From an uncultured delta proteobacterium (GTDB taxonomy: Bacteria > Myxococcota_A > Polyangia > Polyangiales > Polyangiaceae): a stretch of 64,000 bases of DNA. The stretch lies in contig CAVOKF010000004.1 in assembly GCA_963696385.1 (NCBI GenBank), forward strand, positions 672,001 to 736,000. Direction: 5' to 3'. Position 1 is the first letter of the stretch. Each line of letters begins with the position of its first letter. Below, piece after piece: positions 45,039 to 54,476 of the stretch. The notes below the pieces were generated by a model. It was not told the origin of the DNA. It ran no database searches and worked only from the letters and a program-made list of their open reading frames with translations. Position numbers and translations under genes: made by a program.

Positions 45039-45364
45039 CCGAAAAGCTTCGGAAGCTTCGTGGCGAGCATTTGGTTTCCGGTCACCTTCAGCTTGCCCGA
45101 AAAAAAGAACGGCAGCGCGTTCGCTTCCGGGTTCTCGAGCAACGTCTGGAAATCGTCGTCGCTGATCGTTACGGTACAATCCGCCGGCCCGCTGCCCGGC
45201 TTGCACGAGGGGCCGGAGCTCGTCACGTCCACGTTCCATTCGCCCCCCGTCGGGCCCGTGATGGTCATTTGATACTTGGCGCCGATCGCCTTGGCGTCGT
45301 CCGCGTTCTTCGCGAGCGTGGCGGGCAATTGAACGTTAAATAAATTTCGAATGTCGACAGCCAT
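45029..45364 (-). CDS. SCP2 sterol/lipid-binding domain protein
   Basis: GGEWNVD...ADCTVT...FFSGKLKVTGN; GAGGAGG RBS. Confidence 0.88.
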   Translation of the reverse strand: MAVDIRNLFNVQLPATLAKNADDAKAIGAKYQMTITGPTGGEWNVDVTSSGPSCKPGSGPADCTVTISDDDFQTLLENPEANALPFFFSGKLKVTGNQMLATKLPKLFGYT

Positions 45365-45398
45365 CTGCTTGCCTCCTCGAGCGCGAGCGCGCGCGGAG

Positions 45399-45412
45399 TG
45401 AATCGCGATTCA
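45399..45412. promoter_or_regulatory. Perfect 14-bp palindrome, candidate operator of the SCP2 gene
   Basis: TGAATCGCGATTCA overlapping a minus-strand TTGACG-N17-TTCACT promoter-like site. Confidence 0.5.
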
Positions 45413-45440
45413 GCGCCATCGTCAAGCGCACGCGCACGCG

Positions 45441-46448
45441 TCAGCTGCTGCCCGACGTTCGGTTCCGTCCCGCGGCTTTGGCGCGGTACAAGCGCTCGTC
45501 CGCGGTGCGGATGAGGATCTCGATCGTCCTCGAGTCGTCGGACAGCTCGTTGAGCGATACGTAGCCCCCGCTGACCGTCGTGCGCAGAACCGACCCTTCC
45601 GCCGCGATCTCGAGCTTTTCGATGGCGGTTCGAATGCGCTCGGCGAACCGGCCGACGTTGTGGTGTTCGATGCCCCGCACGAGTAGGACGAACTCCTCGC
45701 CTCCGAAGCGGGCGAATACGTCTTCGGCCCGAATCATGCGCGCGACTTGGCTCGACACCTCCCGGAGCACCTCGTCGCCCGCCATGTGCCCGTATCGGTC
45801 GTTGATCTGCTTGAAACGATCGATATCGAACATGATGAGCGCAAGCTGCCCCGAGTGGCGTTGAGCGAACGCGAGTTCGCTCGCCATGCGCTCGACGAAA
45901 TACCTTCGATTGTAGGTCCTCGTCAGCGGGTCGCGCATGGCCGACTCGTACAGCTGATGGGTCAACATCTCCGCCTGCGAATCGAGGATGGCGAACGACA
46001 CGCTGACGTTCGGTCCGATGTGGATCCGGTCACCGCTGTTCAACTTGACTCGCGTGACCTTTTTGCCATCGATGAACGTTCCGTTGGTCGATTCCAAATC
46101 TTCGAGCAGGTAGTCGTTCTCGTCGAGGCTCAAGATGCGCGCATGCAGGCGACTCGCGCCCGCGTCGTCCAGACGAACGTGCGCTTCTTTGCCTCGTCCG
46201 AGCAGCGTCTCATGATCTTTTACCGAAAAAGCTCGCCCCGCGCCCGGTCCGGAGATCACCGTCAGGAGTGCGCGCGTGCGCCCCTTCGATTGCTGCGCGG
46301 GCGGTGGCATCGCCAGGGTGTCGGCTAGGCCCGTGCTCGGCTCCTCCTCGTTCCAATCGTGGTGGACTCGAGGGATCGATGGCTGCTCGTCCGCGAACTT
46401 GGGCGCGTGCGGTACGGTCGTGACGTCGCGTTTCTTCTCGTCGGTCAT
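45441..46448 (-). CDS. FHA-domain diguanylate cyclase
   Basis: FHA (LGRG, SRLHA, STNGT), RAED I-site, GGEEF. Confidence 0.92.
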   Translation of the reverse strand: MTDEKKRDVTTVPHAPKFADEQPSIPRVHHDWNEEEPSTGLADTLAMPPPAQQSKGRTRALLTVISGPGAGRAFSVKDHETLLGRGKEAHVRLDDAGASRLHARILSLDENDYLLEDLESTNGTFIDGKKVTRVKLNSGDRIHIGPNVSVSFAILDSQAEMLTHQLYESAMRDPLTRTYNRRYFVERMASELAFAQRHSGQLALIMFDIDRFKQINDRYGHMAGDEVLREVSSQVARMIRAEDVFARFGGEEFVLLVRGIEHHNVGRFAERIRTAIEKLEIAAEGSVLRTTVSGGYVSLNELSDDSRTIEILIRTADERLYRAKAAGRNRTSGSS

Positions 46449-46533
46449 GGCACGTCCCAGCTGAAGGCCCATCCTACCATTCGACCCTGGACGATGCGTG
46501 CTTGCGCCGCTACAAGCCCCGGTAAGAGCGCCG

Positions 46534-47379
46534 ATGGGACTCCTCGACGGCAAGGTCGCGCTCGTAACCGGCGCCGGTGGAGGAATCGGACGCGCCCACG
46601 CGCTCCTTTTCGCGCGAGAGGGGGCGAGTGTGCTCGTCAACGACGTCGGCGTCGACCGAGACGGATCAGGCACCGACGCGTCCCGCGCCGAACGGGTCGT
46701 GGCGGAGATCCGCGCGGCCGGTGGCGTGGCGGCGGCAAGTCACGATAGCGTCGCGACCCAGGAGGGGGCTGCTGCGATCGTGCGTTCGGCACTCGCGGAG
46801 TTCGGTCGGGTCGACGTGCTCGTGAACAACGCGGGAATCTTGCGCGACAAGAGCTTCTTGAAAATGGACGAGCCGATGTGGGATTCGGTCGTCGCGATTC
46901 ATCTCAAAGGCACATTTCTGTGCTCGCAGTGCTTCGCTCGCCAGATCGTGGCGCAGGGGGGCCGCGGGCGCATCGTCAATACGACCAGCGTGAGCGGGTT
47001 GCTTGGAAATTTCGGCCAAGCCAATTACTCCGCGGCCAAGGCGGGCATCTACGGGCTGACTCGCACGATGTCGATCGAACTGCAAAAGCATCGGATCACC
47101 GTCAATGCCATTGCGCCTATCGCCAAGACGCGCATGACCGAGGATTTGCCGATGTTTCAGGGCATCGACACGCTGACCCCCGAACACGTCGCCCCCTTGG
47201 CGCTCTTTCTCGCGAGCGAATTGTGCTCGGATCGGACGGGACACGTACTGGCCGTCGCAGGCGCACGCGTATACGCCTTCAAGATCGTCGAAACGCCGGG
47301 TCGGTTCAAGGAATCGGACCGTGGCGTCTGGACGGCTCAGGAAATCGCCGACAGCTGGGAGGCGATCGTCAAGGCATGA
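46534..47379 (+). CDS. SDR oxidoreductase (3-hydroxyacyl-CoA dehydrogenase/MFE-2-like)
   Basis: TGAGGGIG, VNNAGILRD, GNFGQANYSAAK. Confidence 0.92.
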   Translation: MGLLDGKVALVTGAGGGIGRAHALLFAREGASVLVNDVGVDRDGSGTDASRAERVVAEIRAAGGVAAASHDSVATQEGAAAIVRSALAEFGRVDVLVNNAGILRDKSFLKMDEPMWDSVVAIHLKGTFLCSQCFARQIVAQGGRGRIVNTTSVSGLLGNFGQANYSAAKAGIYGLTRTMSIELQKHRITVNAIAPIAKTRMTEDLPMFQGIDTLTPEHVAPLALFLASELCSDRTGHVLAVAGARVYAFKIVETPGRFKESDRGVWTAQEIADSWEAIVKA

Positions 47380-47382
47380 GTC

Positions 47383-47586
47383 CCGGCAAACCGACTTACT
47401 ACAGCGCCCCGTTGAACGGTACCCGAGCGTTCTGGGTATGCCTGCTTTGCAGGCTGGCGCTGTACTAAGATGATTTCCTTGGGGCTTTGCCCCAAACCAC
47501 CCATGGCCTCCTGGCGATTGAAGTACACCGCCCAGCGGATCCCTTTGTTCTGCGGCGGTGCACTTACGCCCTGTCCGGTCCGCCGG
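47383..47586 (-). ncRNA. Putative structured non-coding element (ncRNA or MITE-like)
   Basis: Multiple nested hairpins and an end-closing stem that pair better on the minus strand (G-U wobbles); no recognised family motif. Confidence 0.45.
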
Positions 47587-47630
47587 CGCGCGGCGCGGCG
47601 ACCGGATCGCGTGCTAGCGTGGGCGCTTCG

Positions 47631-48281
47631 ATGCTCGATGCTCGCGCCCTGCTGACCGCCACCGTCGACTACGTACGAAAAAATCCAGACGAGCTCGTAC
47701 GCGCGGCCGTCAATGCTGCCGGGTTGCGTTTTGGTGTTCCCCTCGCGGCACTTCGCTGGCTCAGCTCTCAGGCCAAGCTTCCGCGCAAGGCTCCGAGAGA
47801 CATCGACATCGGCAGCGCCCCGCCCGCCTTGCGCGTCACTCTATCCGTCGACGCGATGGGCACTCCGGTTCGTGCGAGTGCGGCCGTTCGCGTGGACGAG
47901 ATCGACCTGTCGTCGGACGCGATGCGCATCGGAGTGCGCTTGAGTGACGTGCGCCTCGCCCTGATTGGCGACAGCGACACGCCCGTTGCGACGCTCATCA
48001 AATCCGGTGCGCTCGATCTGTCGAAACCCGGCAATCTGGTCAAATTTTTGCCTAAACGCCCGCCCTCGGTCGTCGAAGCGGACGGAGACCGAATCGTCAT
48101 CGACCTGCTGAAGCTCCCCACGTTCGCAAGCAACACGCGACTGAGGCAAGCCCTTGCCATCTTCACTCCGGTCGTGAACGTGCGTGCGGTGGAGACGGAT
48201 CGCGATCACCTTTACATTGCGCTCCGCGCGAGCCCGAGGGGCTTGGGCAAAGCCATTGCGGCCCTGCGGGGCCGCAGCTGA
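47631..48281 (+). CDS. Hypothetical protein
   Basis: ORF with genome-typical codon usage; TAGCGT -10-like box 10 nt upstream. Confidence 0.7.
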   Translation: MLDARALLTATVDYVRKNPDELVRAAVNAAGLRFGVPLAALRWLSSQAKLPRKAPRDIDIGSAPPALRVTLSVDAMGTPVRASAAVRVDEIDLSSDAMRIGVRLSDVRLALIGDSDTPVATLIKSGALDLSKPGNLVKFLPKRPPSVVEADGDRIVIDLLKLPTFASNTRLRQALAIFTPVVNVRAVETDRDHLYIALRASPRGLGKAIAALRGRS

Positions 48282-48417
48282 TCGCTTACCAAGGACGCTC
48301 GGCAGGACGGTGCACGGCAGGGGTTTGCCCCCGATCATCACCTTGCCGATGGGCCGTGGCAAGCGGGGCGATCTTCGCGGCGCGTGTGCTAAAAGTGACG
48401 CTCGCGGGCAACGAGCA

Positions 48418-48491
48418 CGGGGAGTCGCACAGTCCGGTAGTGCACGAGCTTTGGGTGCTCGTCGTCGCGGGTTCAAATCCCGCCTCCCCGA
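48418..48491 (+). tRNA. tRNA-Pro (anticodon TGG); CCA not encoded
   Basis: Acceptor CGGGGAG/CTCCCCG, D stem GCAC/GTGC, anticodon arm CGAGC-TTTGGGT-GCTCG, T arm GCGGG-TTCAAAT-CCCGC. Confidence 0.95.
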
Positions 48492-49268
48492 CAAGGGTAA
48501 AAAGTTTAGCGCTATTCTCTACTTTGCGGATCCAAGGGATCACGGCGCAGGCGCCGAGACATCGACCGCCTGAAGGGCGCTCGGTGCGGGGCAACCTCCG
48601 GCGTGCGCCCCCCGGCGGGTCGTCGACGTCGAGGTCCTGTCGGCGACCTCGCGTTCCAGTCGCCTTCGGGATTGCCCACGAGGGTCCTTCGCAGTGCGCC
48701 GACTCGCCCGTGGCCAGCGCGTGCCGACGCAAGCAGGGAGCCCTCTAATACAAATGAAAAATCGTTAATCTCGGACTTGCCGCTCGCGACTCGGCACCGT
48801 TCAATCCGCTTGGGCGCGGCAGCCAAGAGCGGCGCGCACCACGGTATCCGTCGGATGACGTCGCTGCAGAACGAATACGCCCGGGGCCTACCGAGTCATC
48901 GCCGGATGCATCGTGCGCATGGCCGGCGGCGTGTTCCCGCAACGTGATCGAAAAAAGTTTTCACTCTCCGATGCAGGGAAGGCAAACGCCTACATCGAGC
49001 AACGGTCGGCGGTCGGGCATGACGTTCTGCAGCCCGGAACTGGCTCGTACGGGTCGAATACCGCCTTGTACAACCCGCACTTGGCGCAATGCCAGCCCGC
49101 CGCGAGGCGGGTGTCGCGCATCGATCCACGGCGGCGGGTGAATGGGCACGAACGACCGTGAATGACGACGAGCGACAGCCCCCGACCGCGTTCCGAGGTC
49201 CCACCGATTTTTTTACCAAAAGTTCTGCATCGCCTTGGCGATTCATTTGTGTATAGTCGTTTACCCCA

Positions 49269-49673
49269 ATGGCTGACTCACTTCGTTCTCAACTCGCCGA
49301 CCTCGCTGATTCATTCGCCACTGCGGTTCTCAGCGCCATTCGTTCGGCGTCACTCGATGAACTTCTGGCGGAAAGCGGGGGTCCGCGCCGCGGGGCATCC
49401 CGTGCCGTCGGCGCCGTGCGCGCGGCCCCGCGATCCTCCCGAGGCTCATCGTCCGGCCGCCTTCCGCGGCGGTCGGCCGACGACATTGCCCAGGTACTCG
49501 ATTCGGTGACGTCGCTCGTCAAAAAGCACAAGGAGGGGCTGCGCGCGGAGCAGATTCGCGAGGAGCTCGGGCTTCAAGCGAAGGAACTGCCCCGCGTCCT
49601 CAAAGAGGGACTTTCTTCGCGAAAGCTGAAGAGCAAGGGCCAGAAGCGCGCGACTACGTATTTCGCGTCCTGA
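49269..49673 (+). CDS. Small basic putative DNA-binding protein
   Basis: N-terminal amphipathic helices, Arg/Gly/Ser linker, C-terminal wHTH-like region (GLRAEQIREELGL...GQKRATTYF). Confidence 0.75.
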   Translation: MADSLRSQLADLADSFATAVLSAIRSASLDELLAESGGPRRGASRAVGAVRAAPRSSRGSSSGRLPRRSADDIAQVLDSVTSLVKKHKEGLRAEQIREELGLQAKELPRVLKEGLSSRKLKSKGQKRATTYFAS

Positions 49674-49846
49674 CCGGATCGCGAACCCCCCCCGATCCGC
49701 TAATGCGCTTCGATCGTTGCGGTCGGGGCTGGTTGCCCCGAGCATCGAGCGGAAGCGATATCCAACGAATACGGGTGCACCCCGAGGGGTGCCCGGTGAG
49801 GGCACACGGGGGCGTTTGGGGCGGGCACGGGCGAGTGGGTCAGCCA

Positions 49847-51343
49847 TCATCTGCCGAGATATTCGTCGAGTGCGGCGAGATCGATCTCGTAGATCGAAGC
49901 GCCGTTGATCGGCGACCAAAAGATCCGCCGGAGCATTCGCGGATGCGTCTCGGCAAACCGCATCATCTTGTGCGTCCGGTGCATCGCCACGAGGCGTACG
50001 CCGCGATCCCAGAACCGGCGCAAGATGGCCGCAGTGTCCGGCGACGTGTCGGCGCGGTCGTGAATCTCCCAGATGTCGTGGAACACTTCGGGATACGGAT
50101 AGAGGAAGTAGCGGCTGAGTCCCTGCACGCAAACGACTCGATCGTACTGCCAGCGCAGCATGCAATAGTCCGCTTCGGCTACGTTTAGAATGGGACGATC
50201 GGCGTTCGCCTCGAGGATTTCGCGTGCGCCTTGGTATTGCCGCGTCGGCAGGTGAGTGGCCAGGATCGATAGCGTGGCGCGCCCGTGCAGAACGAGCGCG
50301 GGCACCAGCAAGGCCGACGCCAGGACGGTCAACGGGCACGACGGAGCTCGGCGTGGCGCGAGCACCGCTAGAAGGGCGAACGCGATGGGAACGGAGTACT
50401 CGCGCGTGCGCATGGCCTGCGCCGTCAGCGCGATGCCCGTCAGCGCCATGCCGGACAGCACGATCGCGTCGGACCCCAGCCGGGCCGGGGCGACGCGTGC
50501 ACGCCACGCGACGAGCGCCACGGACGCGATGACGGCGATGAGCAGAAGCAGCCACTCCGGGTGAGACAGGAGCACTGCGGGCGGGAAGCCATGAAACTCC
50601 GCGATCTCCTGATCGTCATAGAGATGGGCCGTGTCGCGCCCCATCTCGCCGATGTGCAGAGCTGCAAAGCGCCATGTCGTCCCCCGTGCGTCCATGTACG
50701 GGTTGACCGTGAGGCCGAGCGCCAGTCCTGCAGCCGTCACGGCAGGGTCGACGAGGAGCCTCCGACCTTCTGAGAAACGCAGCAGGGCCAGAGCGGCGAC
50801 GCCGCCGATGTGGAAAGGGAGCAGGACGAGGCCGCCCTGGTAACTGATCATGGCGATGTAGCCGATCGCCAGAAGGCTCGAGCGGCGCCGAAGGACGCGA
50901 GGCTCGAAAAAGGCGACCTGGGTCATCGCGAAGAGCAGAGGCACGACGAGTTGACCGCCTCGCAGCTGCAGGAATCGCCAGTCCTGCGTCGAGAACAGCA
51001 TGGGCGCTACGGCCCAGATCCACCCGTAGGCCACACCTCTCGCCCTCACGAAGAGGTACATCGCGGCGCAGACGCCCGCGAAAAGGGTTGCCGTGGCGAT
51101 CTTCATGCCCAGCTCGGCGTCGCGGACGAGGCCGAATGGTGCGAGCAGAATGTGATATCCCCAGTAGTGATCGACCGGCAGCTCCCGGAGGATCGTGAAC
51201 GGCAGGCTCCGCGCGGCGTCGGGTACCCATGGGCCACGCGCGATCTCGCGCGCAACCGCAAAGTGATAATGGTTGTCGGCGGACGCGGGGTAGCCCGGAC
51301 GCAGGGTCAGCAACGTGGCCGCGTACGCGGCGCTCAGCAACAC
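49847..51343 (-). CDS. Polytopic membrane protein, GT-C-like
   Basis: SADNHYHF acidic/His loop, DHYWGYHILL, about 11 TM segments; start uncertain, track extension overlaps the permease. Confidence 0.6.
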   Translation of the reverse strand: MLLSAAYAATLLTLRPGYPASADNHYHFAVAREIARGPWVPDAARSLPFTILRELPVDHYWGYHILLAPFGLVRDAELGMKIATATLFAGVCAAMYLFVRARGVAYGWIWAVAPMLFSTQDWRFLQLRGGQLVVPLLFAMTQVAFFEPRVLRRRSSLLAIGYIAMISYQGGLVLLPFHIGGVAALALLRFSEGRRLLVDPAVTAAGLALGLTVNPYMDARGTTWRFAALHIGEMGRDTAHLYDDQEIAEFHGFPPAVLLSHPEWLLLLIAVIASVALVAWRARVAPARLGSDAIVLSGMALTGIALTAQAMRTREYSVPIAFALLAVLAPRRAPSCPLTVLASALLVPALVLHGRATLSILATHLPTRQYQGAREILEANADRPILNVAEADYCMLRWQYDRVVCVQGLSRYFLYPYPEVFHDIWEIHDRADTSPDTAAILRRFWDRGVRLVAMHRTHKMMRFAETHPRMLRRIFWSPINGASIYEIDLAALDEYLGR

Positions 51344-51389
51344 GACGCCACATGTGCCGATTGCCGTGGATCGTTTCTGGGGCGGTGTA

Positions 51390-52700
51390 CTAGGGACCGT
51401 GGGCGACCCCTCGAGCCCCGGCGAGGCGATAGAGGATGGGTCCGAGGGCGACCAGGACTGCGCCGATGGCCAGCGAGGGGATAAATCCCACACGCTCATC
51501 CATGCACGCCCAGGATGCGACGGCAACAATCGCCGCCGGCGGAATCCCAAGAAGCGTGGCTGCGATCGTGCCGCCGGGAACTCGAAACGGCCGAACCAGC
51601 CCGGGCTCGCGGACGCGCAATACGACGAGCGCGACGAACTCGAGAAGCAAGCTCGCTCCGTAAAGGACCACGTCGAGTGCGACCAGGTGACTGAACCCAA
51701 TGCCAAGGCACGCGGCGTATGCGACCGAGCAGGCGACGATGGATGCCCATGGCGCGCGGTTTCCCCGCGCCCGACGCGCCGACCACCGAGGCAGATGGCC
51801 GTCGTCTGCCAGGGCCGCCGGAACACGCGAGTACGAAAGGAGCAAAGCGTTGAACATGCCGAGACCGCAAAGCATGCCGCCGGCGGCGACCCCCACCGCC
51901 ATGACGTTGCCTCCGACCTGACGGGCGGCGTCCACCCACGATCCGGTGGTCCAGCTGCCCGGGTCGACTCCTGCGAAACGCATCGCGAAGACCGGCAGCA
52001 CGTACGTGAACGTAACGAGTGTGACGGTTGCGATGACCGCTCGCGGGTACGTGCTCTCCGGCCGGTGGACCTCGGCGGCAATCGTCGAGGCGTTGTCCCA
52101 CCCCATATAGTTCCACATGGCGACGAGCACGCCGTCGAGGAGATTGGGCGTCCGCGCCGCGTGGACGACTGGCCCACCGGCCGTGCCGGCGCCGCGCGCG
52201 AGTGCGAATGCGACGAGCGCAGCGAAAGGCGCAAGCAGCAGGCCGCCCAGGGCGATCGAGCCGCGCCCGACGCTCGCTGCCCCTCGGATGTTCCACACCC
52301 CGCTTGCCGCGATCACGAGCGCCGCCGCGGCGATGCTCGCGCGGCCATGCGACCAGGAAGGCACCAGTCGCCCGAGGTACAGAGCGAAAAGTGTCGGGTA
52401 AATGGCCATGTCGAAGACGCTCGCAACCAACGAGAGCCAGGCCTCCTGAAATCCCCAAAACGGGCCGAGGGCCCGACGCACCCACGCGTAGTAGCCGCCC
52501 TCGTCCGGGATCGCGCTGGCCAGCTCGCCGACCATGAGGGCGGTCGGTACGCTCCATACCCAGGGCGTTACGACGAGCGCGAGCAGTGCGGTGCCGTAGC
52601 CGTGCCTTACGAGCTCTTCCAGGCCGTAGGGTCCGCCCGAGACCATGAAGTACGTCGACGCCACGAGCGGCCAGAAGCCCAGCTTGGCTCTTGCCCGCAT
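51390..52700 (-). CDS. APC-family amino acid/polyamine permease
   Basis: YFMVSGGPYGLE, GELASAIPDEGGYYAWV, WNYMGWD, RPFRVPGG. Confidence 0.9.
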   Translation of the reverse strand: MRARAKLGFWPLVASTYFMVSGGPYGLEELVRHGYGTALLALVVTPWVWSVPTALMVGELASAIPDEGGYYAWVRRALGPFWGFQEAWLSLVASVFDMAIYPTLFALYLGRLVPSWSHGRASIAAAALVIAASGVWNIRGAASVGRGSIALGGLLLAPFAALVAFALARGAGTAGGPVVHAARTPNLLDGVLVAMWNYMGWDNASTIAAEVHRPESTYPRAVIATVTLVTFTYVLPVFAMRFAGVDPGSWTTGSWVDAARQVGGNVMAVGVAAGGMLCGLGMFNALLLSYSRVPAALADDGHLPRWSARRARGNRAPWASIVACSVAYAACLGIGFSHLVALDVVLYGASLLLEFVALVVLRVREPGLVRPFRVPGGTIAATLLGIPPAAIVAVASWACMDERVGFIPSLAIGAVLVALGPILYRLAGARGVAHGP

Positions 52701-52756
52701 TCCGATCGTCCGGAGCCCGTGTGGTCGCCCGCTGGGTTTCGTTGCAGGGCGTTCGG

Positions 52757-52972
52757 TTAGTCCTCGTCGACGACGACCATCTTTTGCAATTCGAGCAAGC
52801 CCGTCCGCGCACTTTTCAGCCTCGAGAATGCGTCTTCCGCAGGCTTGGTGATCGTCGTTTTCTCGGCCCGCGGTGCCACACGGGTGCGACGAAGGATCTC
52901 GGCGAGGGCTCTCTCGGCGACCTCGACCTCTTCGATGGCGCTCGCCAGCCTCTGCGCGAACATCCTCTTCAT
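52757..52972 (-). CDS. Small helical/coiled-coil hypothetical protein
   Basis: 71 aa with heptad-like pattern, fills an otherwise empty gap. Confidence 0.55.
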   Translation of the reverse strand: MKRMFAQRLASAIEEVEVAERALAEILRRTRVAPRAEKTTITKPAEDAFSRLKSARTGLLELQKMVVVDED

Positions 52973-53263
52973 GGGGCGTCATCGTAGCGCGCCGTCGCCC
53001 GTCCGTGCCTATCCGCAAGTCGCGCGAATAAATAAAGTGCAATGGTTCTTGCGGGATGGGTCACTAGCAAGCCGCGGGAGCGACGTTGGGGGGACCGGAC
53101 ACAGCCCGGAAAAAAAGGCAAACGAGGCTAAATAAGACGCTGAGCCAGGCGAGGGGTCCATTCCGCATCGCGGTAAGAGCGCCCCACCCCCCCCCCGGAT
53201 GTGCGATCCGGGCGATGCGCGAGCGATGCGCGACCGAATTCGATCTCCCCGGCGGCGACGAGC

Positions 53264-53292
53264 TTGCGTCGACTCGCATGAGCGCGTACCTT
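53264..53292 (+). promoter_or_regulatory. Sigma70-type promoter for the RRM gene
   Basis: TTGCGT-N17-TACCTT about 200 nt upstream of the ATG. Confidence 0.5.
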
Positions 53293-53496
53293 TCCGCTTC
53301 GCTCACGAACGTTACCTGGCTCACCACGCTCTCTCGACTCTGGGATCGCGACTGGCCGCCTCATGACGCAACGTGGAACCGTCGCGGGTGTTCCGCTGCG
53401 GCTGTCCCTCCGATCCCGGCAGCTCAATTGGATGGCAGGCTTTCGGCGCCCAGAAAGGGGCGCCTTCGACGAGCTGTCGAGAGACAAGTGACCATC

Positions 53497-53856
53497 ATGG
53501 GAAATCGACTGTATGTGGGCAACCTTCCGTTCAGCGCGACCACCGAGACGCTTCGCGAAGCCTTTGCGCCGTCCGGCGACGTCGCCGACGTGCATATCGT
53601 AACCGATCGAGAGAGTGGCCAGTCGCGCGGCTTTGCGTTCGTGACGATGGGCAATGCTCACGAGGCCGCGAAGGCTATCGCGGCGATGAACGGCGCGATG
53701 CTGGAAGGGCGCGCGTTGCGCGTCAACGAGGCGGAAGATCGACCGCAGCGTAGCGGCGGCGGTGGCGGCGGCGGCTTCGGTGGGCGCGGCGGTGGCGGCG
53801 GTGGCGGTGGTGGCGGCCAAGGCGGAGGCAACTCCGGTCGGCGCAACAAGTGGTAA
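53497..53856 (+). CDS. RRM RNA-binding protein with Gly-rich tail
   Basis: RNP2 LYVGNL, RNP1 RGFAFVTM, LRVNEA, poly-Gly tail. Confidence 0.95.
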   Translation: MGNRLYVGNLPFSATTETLREAFAPSGDVADVHIVTDRESGQSRGFAFVTMGNAHEAAKAIAAMNGAMLEGRALRVNEAEDRPQRSGGGGGGGFGGRGGGGGGGGGGQGGGNSGRRNKW

Positions 53857-54089
53857 TCAGGGCTTTGCCCTAGTGCGTCGCGTCCGCGGCGCCTCGCCCC
53901 AGCGAGTCAGAGCTGCGACCGGCGCGGTCCGCGGCCGGAGGATACGGAGCGAAAACCATCGACGGGCGGCCGGCCGCCCGTCGCCTTTAGGGCGTTTCAA
54001 GCGCTCCGAGCCCCCGTTTCAGGCGATCCCAGTCCCCGAAGGGCCTGGTGGTGGTACGATGCCGCGTTCGGCGCGCGAAACGATCTGAC

Positions 54090-54422
54090 ATGATGGCCAA
54101 GGACAAGCCGCGACCGCTCGTGCGGATCACCAACCAGTTTCGAAAGCGACAGGCGATGGTCTACGACCTCACCTGCGATGAGGTGCGCCTCACCATCGAG
54201 GTAACGGCGCGAGACAACGAAGACGGTCTGGGCGAGTGGAGCGTCGGCGCTCACGCGCGGCAATCGCCGGAGAAACCGACCATCGACGAGCCAGGCACGA
54301 CGCGCAGCGATGCCCTCCGGGCGGTTGCCCGAGCATGGGCAGCAAAGCAAGGTGGCTTTGGCTTTCCGGCTCTCGACTGGGACGCGGTCGCCGAGGCGTT
54401 GCTCGCGGTGCGCGCGATCTGA
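54090..54422 (+). CDS. Hypothetical protein
   Basis: 110 aa, ends LDWDAVAEALLAVRAI; TACGAT box upstream. Confidence 0.65.
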   Translation: MMAKDKPRPLVRITNQFRKRQAMVYDLTCDEVRLTIEVTARDNEDGLGEWSVGAHARQSPEKPTIDEPGTTRSDALRAVARAWAAKQGGFGFPALDWDAVAEALLAVRAI

Positions 54423-54476
54423 ACCGGTCCGTTGGCGGCGCGCAGACCGGTCGTGGCGCGTCCAAGTCCGGGTGCG

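Noticed and set aside
47337..47528. 63-aa minus-strand ORF with AGGAGG near an internal ATG
   Set aside because: SD only 2 nt from ATG, atypical codon usage, overlaps the SDR 3' end; RNA structure explains the region better.
47383..47586. Cobalamin or c-di-GMP riboswitch, RNase P, SRP or tmRNA identity
   Set aside because: Only short fragments resemble these (GCCAGGAG, GCAAAGC); core motifs and their order are missing and orientation is antisense to flanking genes.
51344..52234. N-terminal extension of the 795-aa track ORF
   Set aside because: Out-of-frame overlap with the APC permease; low-complexity translation.
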